Source: a virus (Duplodnaviria; Caudoviricetes). From it: a DNA stretch of 25,361 bases. Shown here piece after piece: positions 9,868 to 18,502 of this stretch. The position numbers and the translations under genes are program-made. The DNA is taken from positions 1-25,361 of the IMG/VR virus record IMGVR_UViG_3300037631_001884, one strand, 5' to 3'. Each line of letters opens with the position of its first letter. The stretch's first letter is position 1. The notes below the pieces were generated by a model. The model worked only from the letters and a program-made list of their open reading frames with translations, ran no database searches and was not told the origin of the DNA.

Positions 9868-10265
9868 TATTCGTAGAATAAAGCATACTCTAAAGTAAAT
9901 GATGTAGAGACGCTTGGCGTAATTTTAATGTCGTTAGTGTCAGCATTAGCTTCCCAAGGGAAAAACGTCCAATCGCCTGAATAAAGCTTACCCATTTGCT
10001 CAGAGTTAATTTCTATGGTTGCATATTCAGTAGCTACTGCACTTGTGTTTTTAATGTACACTTTGTGAGACCCATTTCCATAAGCATCACCATCAAACAG
10101 TGTATATTGAGCAGTAGAACTGGTAGTTTTTCTAGCGACACCAGTAGTCTGAGACAAGCCCGTCAATGTGCCAGCTTTTGTTAGCGTCGTCGTTGTAGAC
10201 AACGATAGGGCGTCACCTGTTAAGTCGGCGCTAGAGAGAGTTAATGTTGCAGTGGTAGTTGCCAT
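9867..10265 (-). CDS. Small beta-rich virion protein, paralog of 9448..9867
   Basis: 132 aa, Thr-rich; TAATG-coupled to the next gene; first gene after the promoter at 10297-10304. Confidence 0.55.
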   Translation of the reverse strand: MATTTATLTLSSADLTGDALSLSTTTTLTKAGTLTGLSQTTGVARKTTSSTAQYTLFDGDAYGNGSHKVYIKNTSAVATEYATIEINSEQMGKLYSGDWTFFPWEANADTNDIKITPSVSTSFTLEYALFYE

Positions 10266-10288
10266 TGTCTTTTTTTATTGCGTTGTTA

Positions 10289-10304
10289 TATATTTGCAAA
10301 TATA
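10289..10304. promoter_or_regulatory. 16-bp perfect palindrome TATATTTGCAAATATA carrying a -7 element on each strand; probable capsid-operon promoter
   Basis: The palindrome is read directly in the intergenic gap 10266-10308. Confidence 0.75.
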
Positions 10305-10308
10305 GTGA

Positions 10309-10626
10309 TTATTTTTTAGGTGATTTCCCAGCGCGAATCTTAGCAGCCTCTTTTTTTCCAAAGGCGCTTTTTACCCTAGCCATCGCCCATGCGTGTTGAG
10401 AGGTTTTTGGTCTGTTGCCAGAACTCATGTAAGCAGCAAGACCTCTTTTGTAAACTTGCTTTTCGGCAGCGTCAAGCCCAGTCATACCTCCTTTTTTATA
10501 AAGTTTCATTTTACCCCCACCCATAAATACACCTCTGCCTTTTAGTATGTCTGCCTGAGTTACTTTACCATCTTTGTTTAGGTCAGGAAACTTCCCTCCT
10601 TTTTTGTACGTTTTTTTTAATTTCAC
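10309..10626 (-). CDS. Small basic protein with [YF]xxGG repeats, an EF-hand/dockerin-like DLNKDGKVT loop and a DUF5824-like C-terminal motif
   Basis: 105 aa, GTG start overlapping the upstream TGA. KQVYKRGLAAY...RP...AWAMARV resembles DUF5824 (from memory, not searched). Confidence 0.55.
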   Translation of the reverse strand: MKLKKTYKKGGKFPDLNKDGKVTQADILKGRGVFMGGGKMKLYKKGGMTGLDAAEKQVYKRGLAAYMSSGNRPKTSQHAWAMARVKSAFGKKEAAKIRAGKSPKK

Positions 10627-10769
10627 AGTGAATCTCTTTCTTTCATAAGCGCATCTAAGTTTGCAGGATACGGCTTACCTTTTTTATATATAGCAGCTAT
10701 CTTACGAATAAGCTCTGCTCGGCGTGTAGGGTTTTTACTCCCTGATAAATATTTTTTGTTAATCTTCAA
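10623..10769 (-). CDS. Unannotated 48-aa basic protein MKINKKYLSGSKNPTRRAELIRKIAAIYKKGKPYPANLDALMKERDSL
   Basis: Fills the gap exactly: the TTG start overlaps the upstream stop (TTGA) and its stop overlaps the downstream GTG (GTGA). Confidence 0.7.
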   Translation of the reverse strand: MKINKKYLSGSKNPTRRAELIRKIAAIYKKGKPYPANLDALMKERDSL

Positions 10770-10957
10770 TACTTAGGGTGATTAGCTGTTTTAAACATTG
10801 CTTTTTCTACCGCACCTGCGTGTGGCTTATAAGATCCTTTCATTAAAAAGTACCTTCCCCCCTCTTCCATCCAGTGATACCCTTTTGGTGGGGAAACTTC
10901 CACTTTCTTGTTAGAGATGCTTAGCTTACCTCCTTTTTTATATTTTACAGTTTTCAT
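10766..10957 (-). CDS. Small basic hypothetical protein with N-terminal YKKGG
   Basis: 63 aa with PPKGYHWM; ATG 4 nt after a -7 element. Confidence 0.7.
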   Translation of the reverse strand: MKTVKYKKGGKLSISNKKVEVSPPKGYHWMEEGGRYFLMKGSYKPHAGAVEKAMFKTANHPKY

Positions 10958-10961
10958 ATTG

Positions 10962-10969
10962 CAAATGTA
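10962..10969 (-). promoter_or_regulatory. -7 promoter element TACATTTG, 4 nt before the ATG at 10957
   Basis: Minus strand TACATTTG-CAAT-ATG. Confidence 0.7.
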
Positions 10970-10973
10970 TTAA

Positions 10974-11630
10974 TTAATCTACTGTGTTCATTTTACCAAT
11001 GTTAGCCGTTGCTACTGTATTTATTTTTCCTATACTAGCTGAAGCTACACCAGCTACATCATGAGCATATCCAGTAGGAGCTAAAGTGTAATCTAAAGTT
11101 ATTGTTACGTCAAAATCTATAGTAATATCAGCGGTTGCTGTAGTATTTGAATTATCATAATCGTTATCTTTATCTACTATAGCTAATGTAAAATGATCAT
11201 TATTCTTTATGTCAGCTAAAGCTGCAGCTGTAAGGGTATATTCATTGTTACCTGTTGACCATGTAGTGAGCTCACTAGAATATGCTGTGCTATAATCTAA
11301 AGAACTAAAATGATCTGAAGTAGCTAAAGCTGTCCCTCCGTCTCCTCCAAAAGCGGAGCTTTTTATCATTATAGTGTCATTAGGATCAGCATCAGATGAG
11401 CTACCTCCATTAATATCTATATGTGCTGCACTTAAAGTTCCTGTTATTCCGCTTGTATCAAAATGCAAAAAAACTCTTTTAAACCTTTTAGTTCTTACAG
11501 TGTTAAAATATTGAACATCGCCCTCACCTGTAATACCATCAGAAACAGATGATGCGGCATTTGACCTAGCCGTTGCAAAAGCTCCGCTAGTGCTTCCAGT
11601 ACCTAACCCTCGCCTATTTGCATTTAGCTG
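10974..11630 (-). CDS. Fibre-associated/structural protein; the frame is open to 11630 but has no canonical start upstream of the TTG at 11468
   Basis: In-frame upstream extension QLNANRRGLGTGSTSGAFATARSNAASSVSDGITGEGDVQYFNTVRTKRFKRVF continues into LHFDTSGITG; C-terminal short repeats VASASIGKINTVATANIGKMNTV. Confidence 0.6.
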   Translation of the reverse strand, partial: QLNANRRGLGTGSTSGAFATARSNAASSVSDGITGEGDVQYFNTVRTKRFKRVFLHFDTSGITGTLSAAHIDINGGSSSDADPNDTIMIKSSAFGGDGGTALATSDHFSSLDYSTAYSSELTTWSTGNNEYTLTAAALADIKNNDHFTLAIVDKDNDYDNSNTTATADITIDFDVTITLDYTLAPTGYAHDVAGVASASIGKINTVATANIGKMNTVD

Positions 11631-13008
11631 TTACTTCAACAAACGTTCCATCTGGGTTAAACCAAATCTGACCATTAGATGCATGCAAACAATACCCAAC
11701 AACTCTTACAATATCGTTGTTTCCTGACGGTGCAGTAGCTGTAATATCTCCAGCTGTAGTAGAAGCAAATAACACATCTCCCACAGATCCAGTATCGTGA
11801 TCTACAGTTACCATACCTCTAAGAAGCATGCCGTTTGTGTCCGATGCCGCCCCTAAAGCTATAGCTAACAGCCCATCACACGTAGAAGCGGCATTTGCGT
11901 CTGCGGTTTCCCACGTACCATCTGACTTATAGTGATATAAAGCTCCTGTTGTCATAGATGTTGTCCCACCAAAATACACTACATCACCCTCATGCGTTCC
12001 GTCTGTATCTCCAGTAACAGTAAATCTGCGGTTAAAGTTAGAGTCACCGTTTGTGTCCACTGTTAGCGCTATCTCACTGTTCTGACTTATAAGAACATTG
12101 TGATCCCCTGAACAATCAATAACAAAATCACCATCTACACTCCCAGATATCAAATTGTTAGTTGCATCTGCTACACCAAGAGTAACAGTGTTTTCATCGT
12201 TTTTAAAGCGGAGTTGAGGGGTTATTTCAGCGTCAGCTCCAATAATCAATCGGTTAGCCCCAAACGTTAAGTTAGATTCCGAAGTTAAAGCGCTCGTTCC
12301 ATTACCCGTTAATATTTCGTTTGTACCAGCCGTTGTTAATCCAGTACCTCCTTTAGCTACCGTTACTGTATCAGATAGGGTAGAACCTGCAGCTGTTACA
12401 GTTATAGGCGCAGTGCCGTCAAAGTCCACTCCGTTAATTGCTCTAGCTGTTGCTAAAGCAGTAGCTGTGCCAGCGTTGCCTGTAGTGTTTAAATCTGAAG
12501 CTACAACAAAATCCATGTTACCGCTAGCATCATCATATGTAACCGCAATGTTAGTTTTAGTTCCACCAGTAGCAACTAAAGGCCCCGCAATATCTTGAAC
12601 CTCTTCAGTAGACAGTTGAGTATTAGTATCTGAAACGGTATTGGTAAAAGTAATTTTATCGCTATTTCTTGCTATACTTAAACCAGTACCAGCTTCAAGC
12701 ACAACGTCATCTGTAGACGAATCGCTACCTGTTAGCCTTATTTTTTCTTCATCAGAATTATCTCCATCTACACAAGAAACAGAATATGTTGGGCCGTCAG
12801 CACCTGTAGCGCCTGTAGCACCTGTAGCGCCCGTTGCGCCAGCAGCTCCCGTATCTCCTTTTGGTCCTTTTTCAGAAACAGAAACAGAGTTAACCGCTGG
12901 TGAAGTTACAGAAACAGAAGACGAACTAGACGTAATGGTAGCGGAAATACCTTCAGAAGTCGTTGTTGAAACTAAAGTTCCCGCTGTAGTGCTAACTTCT
13001 ACACTCAT
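11614..13008 (-). CDS. Fibre protein (head or tail) with a collagen-like segment
   Basis: 464 aa, Thr/Ser/Gly-rich; G-X-Y repeat; fibre motifs GNAGTATALATARAINGVDFDGTAPIT and VAKGGTG; C-terminal domain with LLRGMV...TAPS...VRVVGY. Confidence 0.75.
   Translation of the reverse strand: MSVEVSTTAGTLVSTTTSEGISATITSSSSSVSVTSPAVNSVSVSEKGPKGDTGAAGATGATGATGATGADGPTYSVSCVDGDNSDEEKIRLTGSDSSTDDVVLEAGTGLSIARNSDKITFTNTVSDTNTQLSTEEVQDIAGPLVATGGTKTNIAVTYDDASGNMDFVVASDLNTTGNAGTATALATARAINGVDFDGTAPITVTAAGSTLSDTVTVAKGGTGLTTAGTNEILTGNGTSALTSESNLTFGANRLIIGADAEITPQLRFKNDENTVTLGVADATNNLISGSVDGDFVIDCSGDHNVLISQNSEIALTVDTNGDSNFNRRFTVTGDTDGTHEGDVVYFGGTTSMTTGALYHYKSDGTWETADANAASTCDGLLAIALGAASDTNGMLLRGMVTVDHDTGSVGDVLFASTTAGDITATAPSGNNDIVRVVGYCLHASNGQIWFNPDGTFVEVTAKCK
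12790..12867 (-). repeat. Collagen-like Gly-X-Y repeat (GPKGDTGAAGATGATGATGATGADGP)
   Basis: 9-bp DNA unit cctgtagc(g/a) repeated three times at about 12803-12829. Confidence 0.9.
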
Positions 13009-13421
13009 AAGGACTTAGATACGTCGTCGTTAACTATAAAGTTACCCCTTAAAACGGTTGTGTGAGTGTCAACGCCAGAGCTTGTTGGTAGAACATATTG
13101 CAAATCATACACGTACCTTCCTGCTTTAATATTTCTCATAGTAGCAGCAGTAGCCGTTATAGTTAAATTTCCGCTATCATCAATAACAAACTCTTCAAAA
13201 ACGTTGCTTATTTTTACACCTAAATTGGTACTCCCTATAACAGGAGAACCGCCCCTTCTACCAGCCCCATACACCTGCATCAAAAACTTATAATTGCTAG
13301 TGCTTAACGTTAAAGCTGTTCCTGAAGAATCTTTTAATGTGACGGTAAGCGAAAAAGTATCACCCCTTCTGCAAGTTATGTCTAGCTTTTCGGATACGTC
13401 TAAATTTACTTTGTTTGCCAT
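13005..13421 (-). CDS. BppU-N-terminal-like Ig-fold adaptor, fibre-associated
   Basis: 138 aa with the pattern LDITCRRGDTFSLTVTLKD...GRYVYDLQ...TVLRGNFIV; overlaps both the portal stop and the fibre start. Confidence 0.55.
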   Translation of the reverse strand: MANKVNLDVSEKLDITCRRGDTFSLTVTLKDSSGTALTLSTSNYKFLMQVYGAGRRGGSPVIGSTNLGVKISNVFEEFVIDDSGNLTITATAATMRNIKAGRYVYDLQYVLPTSSGVDTHTTVLRGNFIVNDDVSKSL

Positions 13422-15883
13422 TATTGCTCTAATATGTTTTCTGTAATCTCTGGCGCGTCAGCCATCAAATTCATTTCTTCTTGAAGTTCACCCCTTTTGC
13501 CTTGTCTTTGAGAAAGAAGTTTACTCTGCTGAGAGGCTTGCTTTTTTACCCTGCTGTCTTTTCTATCTTCTTTTAAAACCTCTAGCTTTTCTTTAAACTC
13601 TTGATCTTCAGTTTTAAACCCTAAAGTTGCGCTAGCTCTTATAGTCTCTATTTCTTTATCAAACTCGTGTTTAGCTCTAGCTACTTCAATCTCTAGCTGA
13701 GACTTTAGTTGTAATTTTTGAGCTTCTATCTGAGCCTCCATTTGCATTTCCTGTTGACGAGCTTGAGAAGCGGCTTGTGTTGCTTGTTGAGCTTGTTGTG
13801 ACTGCATTTGGGAATTTTGAGCTGCTTGTTCTTGAGCTCTTTCTATTCGTTTCTTTCTGCGAACAACCAAAAGTCTTTCAGCTTGGTTTACGTCTTTTAA
13901 ATTCCTTACAGCTATAGCGTCTTCTAAATCTATTTCTTTTTGAGAAATAGCCATTTGAATGTTTTGCTCTAAGTAAGCTCTTTCGTTATCTTCCATTTCT
14001 TTCTGTACACTTACTCCAAAGTTGTACATAGGTAGATCGCTAAAAGAACTTAGCACTTTCATGTTTTCTTCCCCTATGGCGTTTTGATAAACCTTCATAA
14101 GAACAGATTCTGCAGGTATTATCTGAAGGCATTTAACAACATCCTCACAAACTTTTTTAAAGAGAATCATAGACGAATTAGTTATGTCATATATAGCGTT
14201 GTTTCCAGCTGCTATAGCCTGTTCTCTAACACCAACTAAAGCTTCTCCTTTTGGAGAGCTTGCATCCATCACCTCGTTTACGCCAGTAGCGTCTCTAATC
14301 ATTCTAAGGTAGTGATTATACAAACCTATTAATTCGTTAACGTTTCTAATGCTGTTGTTTATTTCTCTTACTGGAGGGTTTTGAAAACCTCCTTCTGGGT
14401 CTTTACTCCTATAGTAAAACACACCCGTTTGCTCGTAAATATCATGAAGCTCTAAAGGCTGCAACTCACCACCCTTACCTAACTGCACATTTTCTAGACC
14501 TTCAATATCTATAATCAATCCATCAGGCTTAGCTTTAGCAATAGCTTGCTGTAACTTCAGGTGTGTTATCTGAAGCATATCTGCAAAACCAACACAGCTG
14601 TCTATCATAGACTTCGGTATCATTCTACGCATATTCGTAGCAACAACAGAATAACTCATTTTGGCTTTTGATATATCGTGCTTATTTCTAGGTATGTTTG
14701 TCTTCATACCGTAGTTAAGGATATAGTCTGTCCCCATTATATACATGCCTCCATAGATGGTGGTTATTTCCATTTTATGGGGGATTCGCTCAAAAACACC
14801 TTTGTTTGATTTTTCTTTATAAGAAAACCCTTCGTAAAAAAAGTTTCTATTTCCGTGCCTGTTTTCTTTTTCTTCAAAATGCATGCAGTCAACAGAAATA
14901 AATTCAAAATCTAAAATGTCTATCATATAGTCATCATAGCCGTATTTTTTTCTTCCAAGAGCCTGATCGTAAGAACTGCTAGAAAAGTTGTGAGTAGACT
15001 GAGATTTGTTTCGAGCAGCCTTAGTTGCAAGCTTTTCAAAATCTTTTTCTTGAAGCGTATCTCCTGCCAATCTTTTTAATTCCTGTATAGATATGCTTTT
15101 TATATGACCAGCATAAACTATGTCTTCAAAATTAGGGTCTTCTGTAAAGCTATGTATAAAAGAAGTAGGGTCAACGTAGTTTGGCTTTATACCATAGTTT
15201 GGATCGTTACTCCTTTTAACAACGGCCATACCACAAGACACTAGATCATTAACGCACCTTCGAAAAATGTTATCATTAAAACCAGCCCACTGCAAAGTCA
15301 TGTTAGTACCTATCTGAGCTGCTATTTCTGCGTCTGTTTTTACGTTAGTGTTAAGAAATATTTCAGCCTCTTCTAAAGTATCTGGAAGATTGTCAGGATC
15401 TTTATCTAGCACAAGCCCTCCAGTTTCTGCCTTTAAAGCTGCTAATTCTTTTTTTACTTGAACCTGAGTTTTCAACCTTATCTTTTCCTTATTCTTTTCA
15501 GAAGACGAAATAGGGTCAACAGCCTCTAAGTTTGGATATGGCTCTCTAGAAAGTATTTTGTTTGATACAATTCTGGCAAACTTTGGGAGTATAGGAACAG
15601 GAGTGTAATCGAGATTAACCAAGCTTCCATCTACATTGTTCGGGTCTAAAGACGTTAAAAGTTGTTTGTAAATGTTGGTATCTTGAGTTCCGTTAGCGTA
15701 GTCTCTGTTACGCTCAAAAATGTTATTTCTTTTCTTATAAGAAGAGCCAGAATCATTGGTTTGACCCCACTGATTTTCTATTGCTTTTGCGTATTGCAAC
15801 CCAAAACTCTTGCTTTCTTTTTGTTCTCTTGAAGAAAGCGGATCTGGGAAGCCTCCAGCTTTTTTGTTTTCGTTATTGTACAT
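13421..15883 (-). CDS. Portal protein (start reassigned to the ATG at 15883)
   Basis: ~820 aa directly after TerL with NLDYTPVPILPKFARIV, FADMLQITHLKLQQ, IRDATGVNEVMD and a Gln-rich C-terminal coiled coil. The track's TTG start at 15913 runs through the promoter motif. Confidence 0.9.
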   Translation of the reverse strand: MYNNENKKAGGFPDPLSSREQKESKSFGLQYAKAIENQWGQTNDSGSSYKKRNNIFERNRDYANGTQDTNIYKQLLTSLDPNNVDGSLVNLDYTPVPILPKFARIVSNKILSREPYPNLEAVDPISSSEKNKEKIRLKTQVQVKKELAALKAETGGLVLDKDPDNLPDTLEEAEIFLNTNVKTDAEIAAQIGTNMTLQWAGFNDNIFRRCVNDLVSCGMAVVKRSNDPNYGIKPNYVDPTSFIHSFTEDPNFEDIVYAGHIKSISIQELKRLAGDTLQEKDFEKLATKAARNKSQSTHNFSSSSYDQALGRKKYGYDDYMIDILDFEFISVDCMHFEEKENRHGNRNFFYEGFSYKEKSNKGVFERIPHKMEITTIYGGMYIMGTDYILNYGMKTNIPRNKHDISKAKMSYSVVATNMRRMIPKSMIDSCVGFADMLQITHLKLQQAIAKAKPDGLIIDIEGLENVQLGKGGELQPLELHDIYEQTGVFYYRSKDPEGGFQNPPVREINNSIRNVNELIGLYNHYLRMIRDATGVNEVMDASSPKGEALVGVREQAIAAGNNAIYDITNSSMILFKKVCEDVVKCLQIIPAESVLMKVYQNAIGEENMKVLSSFSDLPMYNFGVSVQKEMEDNERAYLEQNIQMAISQKEIDLEDAIAVRNLKDVNQAERLLVVRRKKRIERAQEQAAQNSQMQSQQAQQATQAASQARQQEMQMEAQIEAQKLQLKSQLEIEVARAKHEFDKEIETIRASATLGFKTEDQEFKEKLEVLKEDRKDSRVKKQASQQSKLLSQRQGKRGELQEEMNLMADAPEITENILEQ

Positions 15884-15902
15884 CAGAGGGAGTTCATTTT
15901 TG

Positions 15903-15910
15903 CAAATATA
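15903..15910 (-). promoter_or_regulatory. -7 promoter element TATATTTG upstream of the portal gene
   Basis: Minus strand GTATATTTGCAAAAATG in the TerL-portal gap. Confidence 0.75.
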
Positions 15911-15925
15911 CAAAACATAGCGTTT

Positions 15926-18049
15926 TTAATTAATTGCGGCATATCTTCTAAAAAATTTCTTTTCGTTAAAGTTAGACTTTACTTCTTTAGGCTTAACTTT
16001 TTGTGCAGCAAGCAACGCCAGTCCCGCACTTATAGTTAAGTCAAACTTGGTTCTGTTGTTTATATCAAAACCAATCCAGTCTTCTAAAGTCTTGTTAAAA
16101 TACATTTTTCCTACCTCACCTGTCTCTCTGTTTATACCTACGTGGCTGTGCACGTAAGCCTCTATAGCGTGAGCGTGAGCTTGTATAACATCTTGAGAAT
16201 TAGAAGGAATGCCTTTTGTTTTGACATTTATTTTAGTGTTAGCCGACTTTAAGTGATCTGGCCTAGCCATTAAATACCCGTCATAACCTCTTGATTCAAA
16301 GTGTCTTGCAATGCCGTACTTGTTGTTTTCTATTAAAATAGGGTATCCATAAAACACAGCAGACATAAGAACATCTTCGTAAAATATTTTAGCCAAAGGA
16401 GGTCTAGAAGCATACTCTAATACAAACATATTTGATGGATGTTCCATGTGAAATTTGTTGTATAGGTGTAAAGCACCTTTAGAACCTCTACCATCTACGG
16501 TCATATCTAAGTCGTAGGAGTCTACACCTCCACAACCTAAATCGGCGTTAGGGGCTATACGTTTGTTTCTTTCTGTCTTCTTCCTGTTTCTTAATTCTAT
16601 AGGTGGCATCCAAGCTACCTTAAACCTTCCTTGTGGGTCTGGCTTAAACAACACCTCTGAATCCTGAATACCGCCCTTCCAGACAAAGTTTCCAACTACT
16701 ATAGGGTTTGGATATAACTCATCGTTGTGTTGGATTTGCTCATATATTTGACCTATGTTAAACAGACTTCCATCTATACTATCTCTAAAGGCTTCGTCCG
16801 TTGTAAATGGAAACTGTCTTACCACCTCGTTAAGTTCAGAAGGGTCGTCTTTTAAACTTTCCCTTTCGTTTTTAAGGTAAGTTTTAGCTCCGAATATAAT
16901 ATCTGAATCGTCTAAACCTTTTACGACTGAAGAAGGATCGTCCTTAACTGGGTTTCCGTATTTATCAAAAAACCCTTCTAAAGATTCGTATGCAGGTATA
17001 AACAATCTATATAGCCCTGTTCTAGTCCTGCCATTCGCGTTCCTCTCCAAAGGATTCGAATCCCTCCACAAATCTTTGTATTGGCTTCCGCCTTTGTCCA
17101 TTGGATTTACCGTGCTTCCGACCAGAGCCTTCCCCACGATTTTTCTTCCGACGATCAAACACGTCCTCTGAATCCTCCACGCGTCTCTTATGTCTGTAGG
17201 TCTTTCCCATTTTCCTGCTTCGTCTAAATACAATATGTGTAGCTTCTCACCATCGTATGCGTTGTTAGTTGTGTTTTTCCAATTAATAACCGTATTAAGA
17301 GCCTCACCCATTTGTGAAGTTTTGTTATTTTTGGTTATTCGTTTCGACGGCTCCCTAAAAGCTAACTCCATACGTGGATTAGTTGTACCGTCTTGTATAG
17401 GTTTGAAAAAGAATGGGTAGTTTCTAAACATATAAACCACCTTCTTCATAAATATGTTTTCTTGTGCGTCCTTTCCCGTCTTCGACTGTATCCCCATAAG
17501 CTTGTCTTTAACCTGTGTAGCCTCATCGACAAGTACAGCAGAGCATATATTGGTGTAGCCAGAACGACGGCACTTAGTATAAAGCTGACCAATACAACGA
17601 GGATCAGCCTCGCAAGCAGCCATATGTAAAAAGATCTCACGTTGAAAATTTAAAAAATAAGGGTGACCAATATCTAGCTTCGTCCATTGAAGCATCATGT
17701 AATGCCTCCCCGTAATATATATAGGTTCATTGTTGTTATAAAACCAAAAGCCCTCACGCCTGCGCCGAAACTCTTCTTCGATATATGGACGAAACTTTTC
17801 TCGGAACTCTCTTGGCATTTCCGCCCACTCGTCCATAGAACGAATACGAGACAATTCCTGAGGCATAGGTGTCCTCTCCCACACTTGCATAGACTTTGAT
17901 TTTTTATGTCCGAAAATTTCTTTCTTAGGCGGCCTTTTTGGAAGACAAATGAGTATATTACCGAGTTCGATAAGCTCACCTTCCGTACCGTTGGGACAAA
18001 TCTTAATAGCAGGTTCTTCATAGTCCTCTAAGTTAAGTAAAGCGGACAT
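15926..18049 (-). CDS. terL: Terminase large subunit
   Basis: 707 aa; Walker A-like TKCRRSGYT, Walker B ILYLDEAGKW, coupling motif GST, RNase H-like nuclease residues GGVDSYD, ILIENNK and FDLTIS; precedes the portal. Confidence 0.95.
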   Translation of the reverse strand: MSALLNLEDYEEPAIKICPNGTEGELIELGNILICLPKRPPKKEIFGHKKSKSMQVWERTPMPQELSRIRSMDEWAEMPREFREKFRPYIEEEFRRRREGFWFYNNNEPIYITGRHYMMLQWTKLDIGHPYFLNFQREIFLHMAACEADPRCIGQLYTKCRRSGYTNICSAVLVDEATQVKDKLMGIQSKTGKDAQENIFMKKVVYMFRNYPFFFKPIQDGTTNPRMELAFREPSKRITKNNKTSQMGEALNTVINWKNTTNNAYDGEKLHILYLDEAGKWERPTDIRDAWRIQRTCLIVGRKIVGKALVGSTVNPMDKGGSQYKDLWRDSNPLERNANGRTRTGLYRLFIPAYESLEGFFDKYGNPVKDDPSSVVKGLDDSDIIFGAKTYLKNERESLKDDPSELNEVVRQFPFTTDEAFRDSIDGSLFNIGQIYEQIQHNDELYPNPIVVGNFVWKGGIQDSEVLFKPDPQGRFKVAWMPPIELRNRKKTERNKRIAPNADLGCGGVDSYDLDMTVDGRGSKGALHLYNKFHMEHPSNMFVLEYASRPPLAKIFYEDVLMSAVFYGYPILIENNKYGIARHFESRGYDGYLMARPDHLKSANTKINVKTKGIPSNSQDVIQAHAHAIEAYVHSHVGINRETGEVGKMYFNKTLEDWIGFDINNRTKFDLTISAGLALLAAQKVKPKEVKSNFNEKKFFRRYAAIN

Positions 18050-18234
18050 TAGTAGCTACTGCCATTCTTATTCATTCTCCCTAAAGATGGGAAACCCGTT
18101 TTTGGCTCGGCTAGATTCATATATTGGCCGCAAGGACATTTAACATCGCTAACAACTTTTCCGTCTATTATTTTAGCTGTTACTTTAGTGACGTCTTGTT
18201 CATGATCTAAGCAATTGCATTGATACTTTGCCAT
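18049..18234 (-). CDS. Small zinc-ribbon protein
   Basis: 61 aa with CNC and CPCG; TAATG-coupled to TerL. Confidence 0.65.
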   Translation of the reverse strand: MAKYQCNCLDHEQDVTKVTAKIIDGKVVSDVKCPCGQYMNLAEPKTGFPSLGRMNKNGSSY

Positions 18235-18250
18235 TTTATTTTAATTTAAT

Positions 18251-18481
18251 TTATTTACTTCTTCTGACCTTTGGTCTATTGTTAGCTCTGTTTTTAGACT
18301 GAGCTTGAAGTCTCGTTTTACCTCCTTTACCATAATGAGCTTCATCCATTCCGTCCCCATTACCGTAGTTGCCTTTTTTTCTGTTTATTTTGTTTAGGTT
18401 AGCGCGGTACTTTTTAGCCTTACCTCCTTTGCCATACTTAGCGTACTCTAGCTTGTAGTTTCTTTTTTTCTTAACCCTCAT
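18251..18481 (-). CDS. Small basic protein, degenerate HNH-like
   Basis: 76 aa; RNYKLEY...GDGMDEAH...SKNRA resembles minimal phage HNH-like proteins. Confidence 0.5.
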   Translation of the reverse strand: MRVKKKRNYKLEYAKYGKGGKAKKYRANLNKINRKKGNYGNGDGMDEAHYGKGGKTRLQAQSKNRANNRPKVRRSK

Positions 18482-18485
18482 AAAG

Positions 18486-18493
18486 CAAAGATA
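18486..18493 (-). promoter_or_regulatory. -7 promoter element TATCTTTG, 4 nt before the ATG at 18481
   Basis: Minus strand TATCTTTG-CTTT-ATG. Confidence 0.7.
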
Positions 18494-18502
18494 AACATTT
18501 TG

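Noticed and set aside
15884-15913. Portal N-terminal extension MYICKNELPL from a TTG start
   Set aside because: It is a translation of the promoter motif itself (TATATTTGC = YIC); the ATG at 15883 is more plausible.
15926-18049. Intron or intein in terL (also considered for portal and capsid)
   Set aside because: The ORFs are continuous, of plausible length, with no visible intein or homing-endonuclease motifs.
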